From NCBI GenBank assembly GCA_021788365.1, contig JAJYKS010000001.1:70113-134112 (forward strand): a stretch of DNA of 64,000 nucleotides, in the 5' to 3' direction. The notes under the pieces are model-generated. The model did no database searches. It was not told where the DNA came from and saw nothing but the letters and a program-made list of their open reading frames with translations. Numbering within the stretch: the first letter of the stretch is position 1; each line of letters starts with the position of its first letter. This document shows positions 1-8,669 of the stretch, piece by piece. This DNA comes from a bacterium. GTDB taxonomy: Bacteria; Patescibacteriota; Microgenomatia; UBA1400; UBA12108. The position numbers and the translations under genes were made by a program.

Positions 1-599
1 TCGGCGTCGAATTCGAGACTGGTGGGATCCACGACTGTCCAGGTATCGGTCGCAAGCACGGTGGCGCCGGGTGCGGTAACCGGCGAGGAAACCAAAAGCC
101 CGTTGAAGGGACTATAGATATACGACAGCTTGATAAGCAGGTCTTGGTATTCGACGTCCTTGACCGTGTTGTCGAGCGAGTATTGATTGTTTTCGAGGAT
201 ACGGCGCAACGTATTGTCGATACTATTGGCGTCTATGGCGGTTTGATTGTCGGCTTTCGTTTGGTCGAAGGTATTCAGCTGTTTTACGTACAGATTAAGC
301 TTTTCTTTGAGGGTATTTTGGAGGGTACGGGTGTCGAGACCGGCTAGCGTCTGTCCCGCCTTCACCGCGTCGCCCTCTTTCGCCCCTACATAGGTTACAA
401 GCCCACCGGCACCGAGGTGCAGATTCGCGATTTTCCCTGCTTGGACTTTGCCGGACAGCTCAACCACGTCGTCGATTTTGCCACGCGTAACTTTAACCGC
501 GTCGTATTGCACTACCGGTTTCCTGCCGAAGATGAGCCAGCCGATGGCGACCACTCCCGCAACTGCCACTGCCGAAAGGATATATTTCTTCTTTAGCAT
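1..599 (-). CDS. HlyD-family membrane-fusion / periplasmic adaptor protein, C-terminal part cut by window edge
   Basis: Minus-strand translation from the ATG at 597-599 gives MLKKKYILSAVAVAGVVAIGWLIFG..., a single N-terminal TM helix followed by a long coiled-coil and beta-rich region typical of HlyD/RND adaptor proteins. The frame stays open to position 1. Confidence 0.6.
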   Translation of the reverse strand, partial: MLKKKYILSAVAVAGVVAIGWLIFGRKPVVQYDAVKVTRGKIDDVVELSGKVQAGKIANLHLGAGGLVTYVGAKEGDAVKAGQTLAGLDTRTLQNTLKEKLNLYVKQLNTFDQTKADNQTAIDANSIDNTLRRILENNQYSLDNTVKDVEYQDLLIKLSYIYSPFNGLLVSSPVTAPGATVLATDTWTVVDPTSLEFDA

Positions 600-611
600 A
601 GAGTTTGTATT

Positions 612-1541
612 TTACCACGGAATGCGGAAAACCAGGCGGAGCAGAAGCGTGTGGAAGAGATAGATGGGGTATGACCATATGCCGAGCTGCACCAGCGGGC
701 GCCAGGACTTGAACGACCCCTCGCCAATGCAATGCGCGAGTGTAAAGAGTGCCACAATGGCGAACCCGGCGTAGACAAGGGTCCCTATCTCGGTAAATCG
801 CATGGCGATAATGGGGTCTACCCCGCTCCCCACAGCTTGAATGGCACCTGTAGCAACAAACAAAAAGGATACGGCCGTGGCTATGTAGAGACTACTACGT
901 GTTGCGCTTGATTGTGTGAGATGGCGATGGATACGGGGGAGGTGCATGCCGAGCACATAGTAGAAGATCCAAGTGAAAAACCAGCGGTATTGCTCCTGAT
1001 CGTTCCCGAGAACCGTTGCGTGTGCATAGAGCCACCACTCAAAAATAAAGGCGGCGGCGAGTGATATCCACGGCAGTTTCTCGACGAGCTTTTTTACCAA
1101 GGGAAAAAGGAGATAGAGCTCGAAGATCATGGGGACAAAATAGAGCTGGTAGTCGGCGCTACCCCGCACGAGTTGCAGCCAGAGCGGCCCGACATCCCCC
1201 AGTGCTTTCCACGAGGGGATAAAGAAAAAGATGAGGTTAAACAACAGGCTAGCGCCAATATAGAGCGGCAGTAATTTGCCCGCTTGGCGCTTGACGAAGT
1301 CCCAAAAATGGAACGGAACTCCCTGATATTTTTGCCAGAAACTATAGCCAGAGAGGGCAACAAAGAGGGGGACGGAGAAGCGGGAGAGTTGGTCCAGACC
1401 GATTGCGACCCACGACCAGCCGGATGAGGGATAGTAGTCGCCGTGGATACTCGAGAGTGTGTGGATTGCAAGAACGGCGAGTATGGCGAGACCGCGTAAA
1501 ATATTGTTGACGAACGCGTCGCGCGCGGTGGGTTTGGCCAT
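612..1541 (-). CDS. acyltransferase family 3 (OafA-like) integral membrane protein
   Basis: 309-aa ORF with about 10 hydrophobic helices; N-terminal motif ILRGLAILAVLAIH and overall layout match acyltransferase_3 family. Confidence 0.6.
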   Translation of the reverse strand: MAKPTARDAFVNNILRGLAILAVLAIHTLSSIHGDYYPSSGWSWVAIGLDQLSRFSVPLFVALSGYSFWQKYQGVPFHFWDFVKRQAGKLLPLYIGASLLFNLIFFFIPSWKALGDVGPLWLQLVRGSADYQLYFVPMIFELYLLFPLVKKLVEKLPWISLAAAFIFEWWLYAHATVLGNDQEQYRWFFTWIFYYVLGMHLPRIHRHLTQSSATRSSLYIATAVSFLFVATGAIQAVGSGVDPIIAMRFTEIGTLVYAGFAIVALFTLAHCIGEGSFKSWRPLVQLGIWSYPIYLFHTLLLRLVFRIPW

Positions 1542-1747
1542 ATCGGATTATTATACGGTGAAATGTGAGGCTACCAAAGGGAGCAATAATGAGTGTCGAG
1601 AAGGAGCGAAGAACCTTGAACCACCTGACGGGCTCTCAGATGCCATCCGTAAAAGCTGGGATAGCAGTATCCTCAAGAGCGATCTTTTTTCTCGAGAAGA
1701 GGACAGGGTCTTGACTTCCCGGACTTATAATAAGGCTAGTCTATCAT

Positions 1748-1984
1748 ATGAATACTAATACGTCGCACCAGATCAGCCAGCTAGCTACCCCACCGTTGAG
1801 TGCGAGTAGTGCGTCCGAAATTGCTACTACTCCCCCCTCTCCCATTACACGCTTAGTCCAGTCACTACTGACTGTGGATGTGCATGCGGCAGACGCGATA
1901 GCAAATGCAGTGAGCGTCGACAACGGGTCGGGTCAGCGTATCGAGCTTAGCCACGATACCCCTGGACCAGATTTCATTAAGTAA
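1748..1984 (+). CDS. hypothetical small protein (weak call)
   Basis: 78-aa ORF in a 470-bp intergenic gap; Ser/Ala/Thr-rich, no obvious RBS. Confidence 0.2.
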   Translation: MNTNTSHQISQLATPPLSASSASEIATTPPSPITRLVQSLLTVDVHAADAIANAVSVDNGSGQRIELSHDTPGPDFIK

Positions 1985-2013
1985 TTAAGAAGTAGTAGCT
2001 TGAACCAGTACAC

Positions 2014-2739
2014 TTATTTAGCCAATCTAGCCCTTCCCCCCACCATGACATATAGTCCCTCGAGATGCCGGGAATAGATCACCGAACCTTTTCCATGATG
2101 TATTTCGATAGGTTCAGGGGTGTTTTCCGGCTGTAGTTCCAGTGCTAAGAGCATACTTCCCGAGCCGTTCGCCTCGTCCTCTGGTATGCCCCAGTCTGGA
2201 GCAAACGTTCGCGCCCTGATGCTCGCCCCCTCTTTTATCCAAGCCCATGAGACAGTATGTTGCTTTGTGGCGGCTTGTTCTACTGTAATTGCCTCCACTT
2301 TAGCTGGTGATGCTAATTGTTCAACATTCCAGTGTGGTAGGTGAGTTTTGTTTGTCCTAACCCAGAGTAGGTTGTCTTCCTCAACCACCTTACTCACCTT
2401 GCCCATACTTAGGACCGTGTCGGTATGTATGTGAGATATGTTACGTGCGTACCAGGCAGCTCCGAGGATGGCGTGACCGGCAAAAGCTACTTGTTCTTGG
2501 GGGTTGTGGATGGTTACCCGGAGAGGGTTTAGCATGTCGACGAAGACTGACTCGCTATACCCCAGATCTATGGCAATCTCTTGCCTCTCGCCCATACTTA
2601 GCTTGTGGTCAAGGTCAATGACTATACCGACAGCGTTGCCATACTCATCATGCTCATCGACAAAGACGTTTACTGTATGTGATTCGTGGTTACTTGGCTG
2701 ATACGTCATATGTAAATAATACCAGTAGCTGCTGCTCAC
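2014..2739 (-). CDS. PhzF-family (phenazine-biosynthesis-like) isomerase
   Basis: N-terminal HTVNVFVDEHDEYGNAVGIV resembles the PhzF VDAFT..GNPAAVV signature; the two-lobed length fits. True start may be the internal Met (MTYQP) at about 2709. Confidence 0.55.
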   Translation of the reverse strand: MSSSYWYYLHMTYQPSNHESHTVNVFVDEHDEYGNAVGIVIDLDHKLSMGERQEIAIDLGYSESVFVDMLNPLRVTIHNPQEQVAFAGHAILGAAWYARNISHIHTDTVLSMGKVSKVVEEDNLLWVRTNKTHLPHWNVEQLASPAKVEAITVEQAATKQHTVSWAWIKEGASIRARTFAPDWGIPEDEANGSGSMLLALELQPENTPEPIEIHHGKGSVIYSRHLEGLYVMVGGRARLAK

Positions 2740-2829
2740 ACAATCCTGAATTCCAAGTGGTACAATTGCAACATATCAGCCACATAGGCCGCCACAAGCG
2801 GTCTTTTTTGTTATAAGGGGGTGATTTAC

Positions 2830-2970
2830 ATGAAAGATAAGATCAGAGAAAAGCTTTGCAGTGTATGTCGAGCTCAATATGATAATCATGTGCCGCTTTG
2901 GATATGCGCACGGTGCGTTAAAAAGGTTTTCGGCGAGAAAACACCTAAACGTACAACTAGTGAGCAGTAG
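2830..2970 (+). CDS. small zinc-ribbon protein (46 aa), absent from ORF track
   Basis: ATG at 2830 preceded by AAGGGGGTGA RBS; MKDKIREKLCSVCRAQYDNHVPLWICARCVKKVFGEKTPKRTTSEQ has CxxC...CxxC. Confidence 0.35.
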   Translation: MKDKIREKLCSVCRAQYDNHVPLWICARCVKKVFGEKTPKRTTSEQ

Positions 2971-3092
2971 AGAGTGGGATTACATACCAAGACACCAATT
3001 AGACTTAAATGCGTGACAAAAATAGTCCGTGTCGTTCTACCAGCATAAGATGTGATGCGCATGCCCATTGTCTTGTGCCGTGGCTTTTTAGT

Positions 3093-3635
3093 CTAGGTTT
3101 CTTTGTTTTTCTTGAGTTGTGTGCCGGAGGTTATGGGAGGCGATGGTATAAATGGGAGGGTGTCCTTTCCCTCCCAATGGAATAGTCCAAATAGACCACT
3201 AAGTTTCTTGCCCTTGTCGATCAGCTGGTCTAGGTACAAAGCAAGTATCCCGATACTTACAAGTGTAATGGATTCTTGAGATAGTTCCTTGCGATAGAAA
3301 ATGTCAAAACCGACGACAAGAAATATTACCGTTACAATTGCTTCCTTATATTTCATTAGTATCTGTAGGGGAATAAATACCGTCTGCACAATTTGTCCAT
3401 ATATCGGTGTTACCATGACAATTAGAGCTTCTACTGGTGACACTTTCATAGCGTTACGGTATTCCCCTGTGGGTGGATCGTTGCTTTCTGGTGGTTTCTG
3501 TTCGGTGATATATATATGTTTCATTTTTCCAAACCACTCGGGAGGAAATAGTGGCAAAATACTCAACAGCCCCAACCCTAGTGGAACCCAGTTGTTCATT
3601 AGAAAACTTATAAGCAACGCATTCCCGTTTACCAT
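3093..3635 (-). CDS. hypothetical integral membrane protein
   Basis: 180-aa ORF with 4 predicted TM helices; no recognisable family motif. Confidence 0.4.
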   Translation of the reverse strand: MVNGNALLISFLMNNWVPLGLGLLSILPLFPPEWFGKMKHIYITEQKPPESNDPPTGEYRNAMKVSPVEALIVMVTPIYGQIVQTVFIPLQILMKYKEAIVTVIFLVVGFDIFYRKELSQESITLVSIGILALYLDQLIDKGKKLSGLFGLFHWEGKDTLPFIPSPPITSGTQLKKNKET

Positions 3636-3716
3636 AATGGCTTTATTTTACCAGTATCGTCTATGCTCAGTTTTATTTTGGCTTGACATAGACCCACTAT
3701 ACTTACATAGGAGTTT

Positions 3717-4187
3717 ATGTCGAATATAGATTGGCAGGCTGCACGGACAAAGTACATAACTAGCGGGTGTACTCTTGAGGAAATTTCCCAAGACTTCGGG
3801 TGTGACCCTAGCACGGTCAGGCTTCACTCCGCGATGGATAGGTGGGTAGATGCTCGAGAGGAAGCGCAACAAAAGGCCAACAAAATCACTACAGAAAAGG
3901 CTGCCGAGGACTTTGCTGAGATAAACCTAAGGCATGCAGAGTACGGCCAATACCTCCAACACCAGGCTTTGGCTTCCCTGTTAGACAAAGAGCGTCCAGT
4001 AGCCCCTAAAACTTTCTCAGAGGCTCTCTCTGCCCTCCGCGATGGCGTGAGGATCGAACGATTGGCCCTTGGCATGGATGAGGACAAGGGGTCTAAGACA
4101 GCCTGTGAGGTCGTGTACGTGCCTCCAACGTGGTATAAGCCACCTTCTGAGCCTACTGAGGTAGACGAGCCAACGAAAGTTGCGTGA
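3717..4187 (+). CDS. phage terminase small subunit-like HTH protein (could alternatively be an RDF-like DNA-binding protein)
   Basis: MSNIDWQAARTKYITSGCTLEEISQDFGCDPSTVRLHSAMDRWVDAREEAQQKANK follows the Terminase_2/P27-type N-terminal pattern (W..A...Y..G.S..EIA..FGV..STV......W...R); acidic C-terminus. Confidence 0.45.
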   Translation: MSNIDWQAARTKYITSGCTLEEISQDFGCDPSTVRLHSAMDRWVDAREEAQQKANKITTEKAAEDFAEINLRHAEYGQYLQHQALASLLDKERPVAPKTFSEALSALRDGVRIERLALGMDEDKGSKTACEVVYVPPTWYKPPSEPTEVDEPTKVA

Positions 4188-4194
4188 CGGCTAT

Positions 4195-4962
4195 TTATTG
4201 AGCTACTGCAAAGTTCACCGTACTTAACCCCGAAATGGTGATCTCATCACCATTTGTTAGGCTTACAGAGACGCTTGGCACCCCACCGTACTTTGTGTCA
4301 CCGCCTAGTATCTCATTGTACGAGTCAGCTCCCGACACTATGAAGTTTCCACTGTCTCCAGTTCCAGGAGTAACCATGTACCTACCAGCAGCAATGTCTT
4401 CCCCCACAGTGAACGTGCCAGCATATAGCTTTACGGGGCCGTATGCCTTCACAAATGGCGTGGTAACGGGAGTAAAGGTTACTTTGCTTAGACCGGAAAT
4501 TTTGATGCTGTCACCACCGCTTACCTTAACTCGCACTTTTAATACACCGCCCGCAGCGCCGGCACTGCCCAAGATTTCATTGTATGAGTCGGCGCCAGAC
4601 ATGATGAAATTACCGCTTTGGCCAGCTCCTGGCGTCACGTCATATAAGCCTACTGCCACGTCAGTGCCTCCAGTAAACGTACCAGCCCCGATTGTTTTTG
4701 CCGTTCCTACTACCTGTCGCTCGGCTGGTTGATTCGAGGGAGAAGCCTGAGTCTCAGAGGATGTCGTGGAGTTATTTCCCGTCGCGTTCGTGCTTTTGTT
4801 TCCGGAGTTCCCAGAACTCGCCACCATGGAAATTAGGATTATTGCGATAATGCCGGTTATGATGGGGTGTCGGACAAACCAGATTCTTTGATCTGCTTGG
4901 CAGTGGGGACACTTCTTTGCCTTGTCGTCTATGTCCATACGGCAACTTTTACACTTCTTCAT
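4195..4962 (-). CDS. Zn-ribbon / single-TM anchored surface protein with two tandem ~80-aa beta-rich repeats
   Basis: Start at internal Met: MKKCKSCRMDIDDKAKKCPHCQ (CxxC..CxxC), then a TM helix (IITGIIAIILISMVA), an S/T/N-rich linker, and two repeats sharing G.Y.VTPG.G.SGNFI.SGADSYNEILG....V.VS...GD.I.ISGLS.V.F. The repeat is visible at the DNA level at roughly 4200-4455 and 4456-4716. Confidence 0.5.
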   Translation of the reverse strand: MKKCKSCRMDIDDKAKKCPHCQADQRIWFVRHPIITGIIAIILISMVASSGNSGNKSTNATGNNSTTSSETQASPSNQPAERQVVGTAKTIGAGTFTGGTDVAVGLYDVTPGAGQSGNFIMSGADSYNEILGSAGAAGGVLKVRVKVSGGDSIKISGLSKVTFTPVTTPFVKAYGPVKLYAGTFTVGEDIAAGRYMVTPGTGDSGNFIVSGADSYNEILGGDTKYGGVPSVSVSLTNGDEITISGLSTVNFAVAQ

Positions 4963-5094
4963 ACTCTGTCCCTCCAGGCAGTACCTGCTATATATTGAGC
5001 GTAGCAAATTGCTATCTATAGTCAACACCTTTGCTTAAATGAGACCTTTATGTGACAGTGAGCTAGATTTCTCCGGAATCGATGTTGATTCTTC

Positions 5095-5679
5095 CTAGAA
5101 TAGCGGATGCGCGTTTTGGTCTAGATAGACGCTTATAGTCATATTTATCCCTGGAGGTACTCCTTGGAGCATAAACTTTATGCTAGACGGATTTAATGGC
5201 CAGGACTTAATAATTTCTTGGAACAGCTCGTCCACGTCAGCTAGATGAATTTCGTATACATTTCCTTGTATTTTGCGATCCTCCTCCCACTTTTGTTTTG
5301 GCATGACACTGGTTATTAGCGAAACGCTGTCACCGTTTTTATAGTTGGGGTAACGTATCTCTTCCCACCTGTGGATGTCTTTAACAGTTGCGTCAAATTT
5401 GGATAGTGACTGTTTGTCTGTCGTCCGCTTGTATTCTTCCCATAGCTTAGGTAAGTTGTGTCCAAACTTCTCGTATAGTTCTTCGGGAGTATATGCGCTT
5501 TCCTTGTAGAGCAACCTACCTTTTATTAGCATCTCGATGCCATGATGGAAAAGATTGCCGGCAACTGGAGATAGCGAGCAGAGATTGGCAAATCTTCCCG
5601 ATATGTAGTACTGAACGCCTATGCGCAGGTACTCACTCCATCTGGTGGACAGATACTTCACGCCATTCTTTGACCTCAT
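5095..5679 (-). CDS. hypothetical cytoplasmic protein (possibly HEPN-like)
   Basis: 194-aa ORF. N-terminal GRFANLCSLSPVAGNLFHHGIEMLIKGRL is vaguely reminiscent of HEPN R-x(4-6)-H helices; no firm family assignment. Confidence 0.35.
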   Translation of the reverse strand: MRSKNGVKYLSTRWSEYLRIGVQYYISGRFANLCSLSPVAGNLFHHGIEMLIKGRLLYKESAYTPEELYEKFGHNLPKLWEEYKRTTDKQSLSKFDATVKDIHRWEEIRYPNYKNGDSVSLITSVMPKQKWEEDRKIQGNVYEIHLADVDELFQEIIKSWPLNPSSIKFMLQGVPPGINMTISVYLDQNAHPLF

Positions 5680-5756
5680 ATTCTCCCCCTTTAGTGCTAT
5701 TTTCTCACGATAGGTGGGGTGGTTTACAAGTACTGGGGCTATAATGCGGTCAAAGT

Positions 5757-7307
5757 ATGACTATGAATACGGATGAGGTCGACGTCACAAAACTTCGATA
5801 TGTCCTTTATGCCAGGAAAAGTACCACCGACGAATCACGTCAGGTACGATCTATTCCGGACCAGATACGTGAGTGCAAGGAGCTGGTTACTAGGTTAGGT
5901 TTGCACATCGTAGGGAAGCCCCTACAGGAGACTCAATCCGCTAAACTTCCTAGGAAGCGACCTATTTTCCGACAAATGATTTCCGACATTAAACAAAAGA
6001 AGTATGACGGCATCCTCGCTTGGAATCCGGACCGTTTAGCTCGTAACATGCTGGAGGGTGGCGAGATTATTGACTTGATAGATCAGGGCATAATTAAAGA
6101 CCTTAAGTTCGTCACGCACCACTTTACCCCTGATGCCAATGGCAAAATGCTGCTTGGTATGGCCTTTGTTTTGTCAAAACAATATAGTGATGACCTCTCG
6201 CAAAAGGTCACTCGAGGAGTTCGGGCTAAATTTGCTGAGGGAAAGGGATCTGCACCCAAGCACGGTTACGTTCGGGATAAAGATGGTTACTATCGACCAG
6301 ACGGCAAAAACCATCGTTTGATAAAAGATGCTTGGCATATGAGGGTTGAGGGAAAATCCATCCTCGATATTGTTGCACATATGAACCGGGAAGGTTACGG
6401 GAGGAAGGTTAAGAAAACCGGAAAACAGGTAAAGATGAGTAAGCAGACGCTTAGTAGCATCTTCCACGACACGTTTTACTACGGAGTTTTAGCGCAGGGG
6501 GGAGAGACTATCGACCTTAGGAGCCAATACGACTTCGCTCCAGCGTGTACTGAAGCTGACTATAATGCTGTCCAGCAACTTGGCTATAGGAGAATTAAAC
6601 CGTCAAAGCCTCATACAACAGCTTTTTATCCCCTACGTCTTATGGTTTTGTGTTCGCATTGTGGACGAACTATGCGGGTAGGACCTTCAACGGGTAGGCA
6701 GAAGCGTTACCTTTACTTCCGTTGCGATAACCCGGAATGCAGTCGTAGCCCACGCTCAATCCGGTCAAAGATCGTGTTTGACTTTATCTACGGCTTACTT
6801 GCGGACGGATTGCCTCTAACTAAGGCGGATTATGACGAATATTCTAAAGCCCTGATCGCCCAGGCGGACGCGAAACGCCAAGAGCTGACTGTCGAGCTTC
6901 ATAAGCTACAGGCACAGTTAAAGGTTGTAAAGGCAGAGATACGTGATCGATCACTCAAAATCGTTAAGTTCGACGAGAAGAGCATCCCGTATAAGGAAAA
7001 CCTCCGTCGCATAGATGAGTTAGACGGACAAAAACATGACGTTCTCAGCAGATCTACGGCCATTGCACAACAATTAACCGACCCGGAATCTGACCGCCTT
7101 ACTATTGAGCAGTTCTTGAACCTAGCAAAAAATGCTGGTGCTATCGTTAAAAGTGGAAATGCCGTGGCAAAGGACACAATTTGCCGGTTGATTTTCTTGA
7201 ACCTGACTGTAGACACCGAGAAAGTCACGTCATATCAATTAAAAGAGCCATTCGCTACCCTACTGAAAAGCCGTAAAATCCTACCTGGTCGGGGTGCTGG
7301 GAATTGA
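5757..7307 (+). CDS. large serine recombinase (resolvase/invertase N-domain, recombinase domain, zinc ribbon)
   Basis: LRYVLYARKSTTDESRQVRSIPDQ catalytic-Ser resolvase motif; recombinase domain; C-terminal zinc ribbon CSHCGRTMRV...YFRCDNPEC with coiled coil. The last 22 nt overlap tRNA-Pro in antisense. Confidence 0.85.
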   Translation: MTMNTDEVDVTKLRYVLYARKSTTDESRQVRSIPDQIRECKELVTRLGLHIVGKPLQETQSAKLPRKRPIFRQMISDIKQKKYDGILAWNPDRLARNMLEGGEIIDLIDQGIIKDLKFVTHHFTPDANGKMLLGMAFVLSKQYSDDLSQKVTRGVRAKFAEGKGSAPKHGYVRDKDGYYRPDGKNHRLIKDAWHMRVEGKSILDIVAHMNREGYGRKVKKTGKQVKMSKQTLSSIFHDTFYYGVLAQGGETIDLRSQYDFAPACTEADYNAVQQLGYRRIKPSKPHTTAFYPLRLMVLCSHCGRTMRVGPSTGRQKRYLYFRCDNPECSRSPRSIRSKIVFDFIYGLLADGLPLTKADYDEYSKALIAQADAKRQELTVELHKLQAQLKVVKAEIRDRSLKIVKFDEKSIPYKENLRRIDELDGQKHDVLSRSTAIAQQLTDPESDRLTIEQFLNLAKNAGAIVKSGNAVAKDTICRLIFLNLTVDTEKVTSYQLKEPFATLLKSRKILPGRGAGN

Positions 7308-7359
7308 ACCCAGGCCTGACGCACCCCATGCGCCAATTCTACCGTTAAACCACACCCCG
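7286..7359 (-). tRNA. tRNA-Pro (anticodon GGG)
   Basis: Reverse complement is CGGGGUG-UG-GUUU..GAAU-U-GGCGC-AUGGGGU-GCGUC-AGGC-CUGGG-UUCAAUU-CCCAG-CACCCCG-A-CCA. The acceptor stem is a perfect 7 bp, the T arm is canonical, U33 and G37 are present, and CCA is encoded. D stem is weak (G.U, U-A, U-A, U.G). Coordinates may be off by 1. Confidence 0.75.
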
Positions 7360-7372
7360 AATAGAACAGGTG

Positions 7373-8014
7373 TTATTGTAGCATGAGGTAGGTGTGAATT
7401 TCCTGGAGATTGTCTATCGCACGCCCACCAGCTGCCCGAAAAACGTCTTTCGCCGTGGTATGTCCTGCAATTGCTAGAAACTGTATTCCTGCCATTCCTG
7501 CAGCTTGGAAATCAGTGAGTGCGTCTCCTATGTATAGTAATTCATTACGCACTATTCCACGGTCACTAAAATACCTGCATATCGGGTCAAAAACCCGGGG
7601 ATCGGGCTTGTGCACCTCTGTATCATCGGCGGTCTGAATGTACAAAAATGATCCTTGATCCACTCCTGCCTCTTCTAAGGCGGCATGGGTTAGTCGTCTG
7701 TTGGCTGCAGTCACGATTCCAAGTGGCAAGCGTCTGCACAGTTCGGCTACGACTGCGTGTGTTTCTGGGTATGGTGGTATGGGAAAATCACTGGTGATTG
7801 TGTAGTAATTGTTGAGGATGTTCTCAAGTTTATCGATATTGCCGTAGATACCTGCGACCATCTCCTCGAACGGTTTTCCCCAATGTTTATCGATATCTTC
7901 ATCTGTTAGCACTAGGTTGTAGAACTTTTTGGCTGCGTGTTTGTGAGCTGCGTATTTGGCAAGACGCGTTTGGATGAGCGTGTCGTCCATGTCGAAAACA
8001 ACGGCTTTTACCAT
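7373..8014 (-). CDS. HAD-superfamily hydrolase
   Basis: MVKAVVFDMDDTLIQT (DxDxT motif I), later GD motif. Confidence 0.7.
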   Translation of the reverse strand: MVKAVVFDMDDTLIQTRLAKYAAHKHAAKKFYNLVLTDEDIDKHWGKPFEEMVAGIYGNIDKLENILNNYYTITSDFPIPPYPETHAVVAELCRRLPLGIVTAANRRLTHAALEEAGVDQGSFLYIQTADDTEVHKPDPRVFDPICRYFSDRGIVRNELLYIGDALTDFQAAGMAGIQFLAIAGHTTAKDVFRAAGGRAIDNLQEIHTYLMLQ

Positions 8015-8041
8015 GAATATTAGTGTAGCAGGGAGCGCAAA

Positions 8042-8635
8042 TTAGCCGAGACGCTTGGCGACGTCGTCCCAATTCACCACACTCCACCAGGAGTCGACGT
8101 ATTTGCCACGATCGTTGCTGTAGTCGAGATAATACGCATGCTCCCAGACATCAAGGACGAGGATGGGCGTTGTCCCAACTACGCCTAATAGGTTGTGGTT
8201 CTGGATTTCGACAATGTGGAGATCTTCTTCATCCTTGACGAGTGCCGCCCAGCCAGATCCCTCAACTGCCTTGGCTGCACCGGCAAATTCTGCCTGGAAT
8301 TTCTCAAATGAGCCAAACTGTTCCTCGAGTTTTTTGAGGAGAGCTCCATCCGGCATGTTATTTTTCGCAGCTTTCTTCATGTTGGTCCAGAAAATACTGT
8401 GCAACTTGTGACCTGAGAGGTGAAATGAAAGGTCGCGCATCACGGCTTTGTAGTCTATTTCGAGTCCCGTTCCCTCGCGAAATTTCTCTAGCCTATCCAT
8501 GGCAGCGTTGGCACCCGTCACATAGGCAAGGTGGTGACGCGTGTGATGGAGTTGCATAATTTTTTTGGAGATCACCGGTTCCAGGGCATCGTACGCATAG
8601 GGAAGATCAGGAAGCTCTATCCGTTTCTGTTTCAT
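8042..8635 (-). CDS. Fe/Mn superoxide dismutase
   Basis: PDLPYAYDALEPVISKKIMQLHHTRHH...DVWEHAYYLDY Sod_Fe N and C signatures. Start moved to the Met at 8633-8635, which has an AGGAGG RBS; the upstream ORF extension is rejected. Confidence 0.85.
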   Translation of the reverse strand: MKQKRIELPDLPYAYDALEPVISKKIMQLHHTRHHLAYVTGANAAMDRLEKFREGTGLEIDYKAVMRDLSFHLSGHKLHSIFWTNMKKAAKNNMPDGALLKKLEEQFGSFEKFQAEFAGAAKAVEGSGWAALVKDEEDLHIVEIQNHNLLGVVGTTPILVLDVWEHAYYLDYSNDRGKYVDSWWSVVNWDDVAKRLG

Positions 8636-8669
8636 AACTCCTCCTTTTATATGTCTAGTATAGCACACT

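Larger units (their letters stand above)
3640..7359. mobile_element. small integrated island / prophage remnant at tRNA-Pro (left boundary unresolved)
   Basis: Terminase-small-like HTH gene, two cargo genes and a large serine recombinase whose 3' end overlaps the 3' end of tRNA-Pro. No clear distal direct repeat found by eye. Confidence 0.45.

Noticed and set aside
1611-1640. Possible distal att fragment of the tRNA-Pro island (ttgaacc...cctgacg similarity to the tRNA T and anticodon arm region)
   Set aside because: Only two 7-mers match with a 3-nt gap. The match is not at the acceptor/T-stem end where element 2's repeat lies. It is too weak to call a boundary.
4235-4732. 165-aa plus-strand ORF
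   Set aside because: It lies entirely antisense within the better-supported minus-strand repeat-protein gene. Its composition is Pro/Thr-rich and reads like shadow translation.
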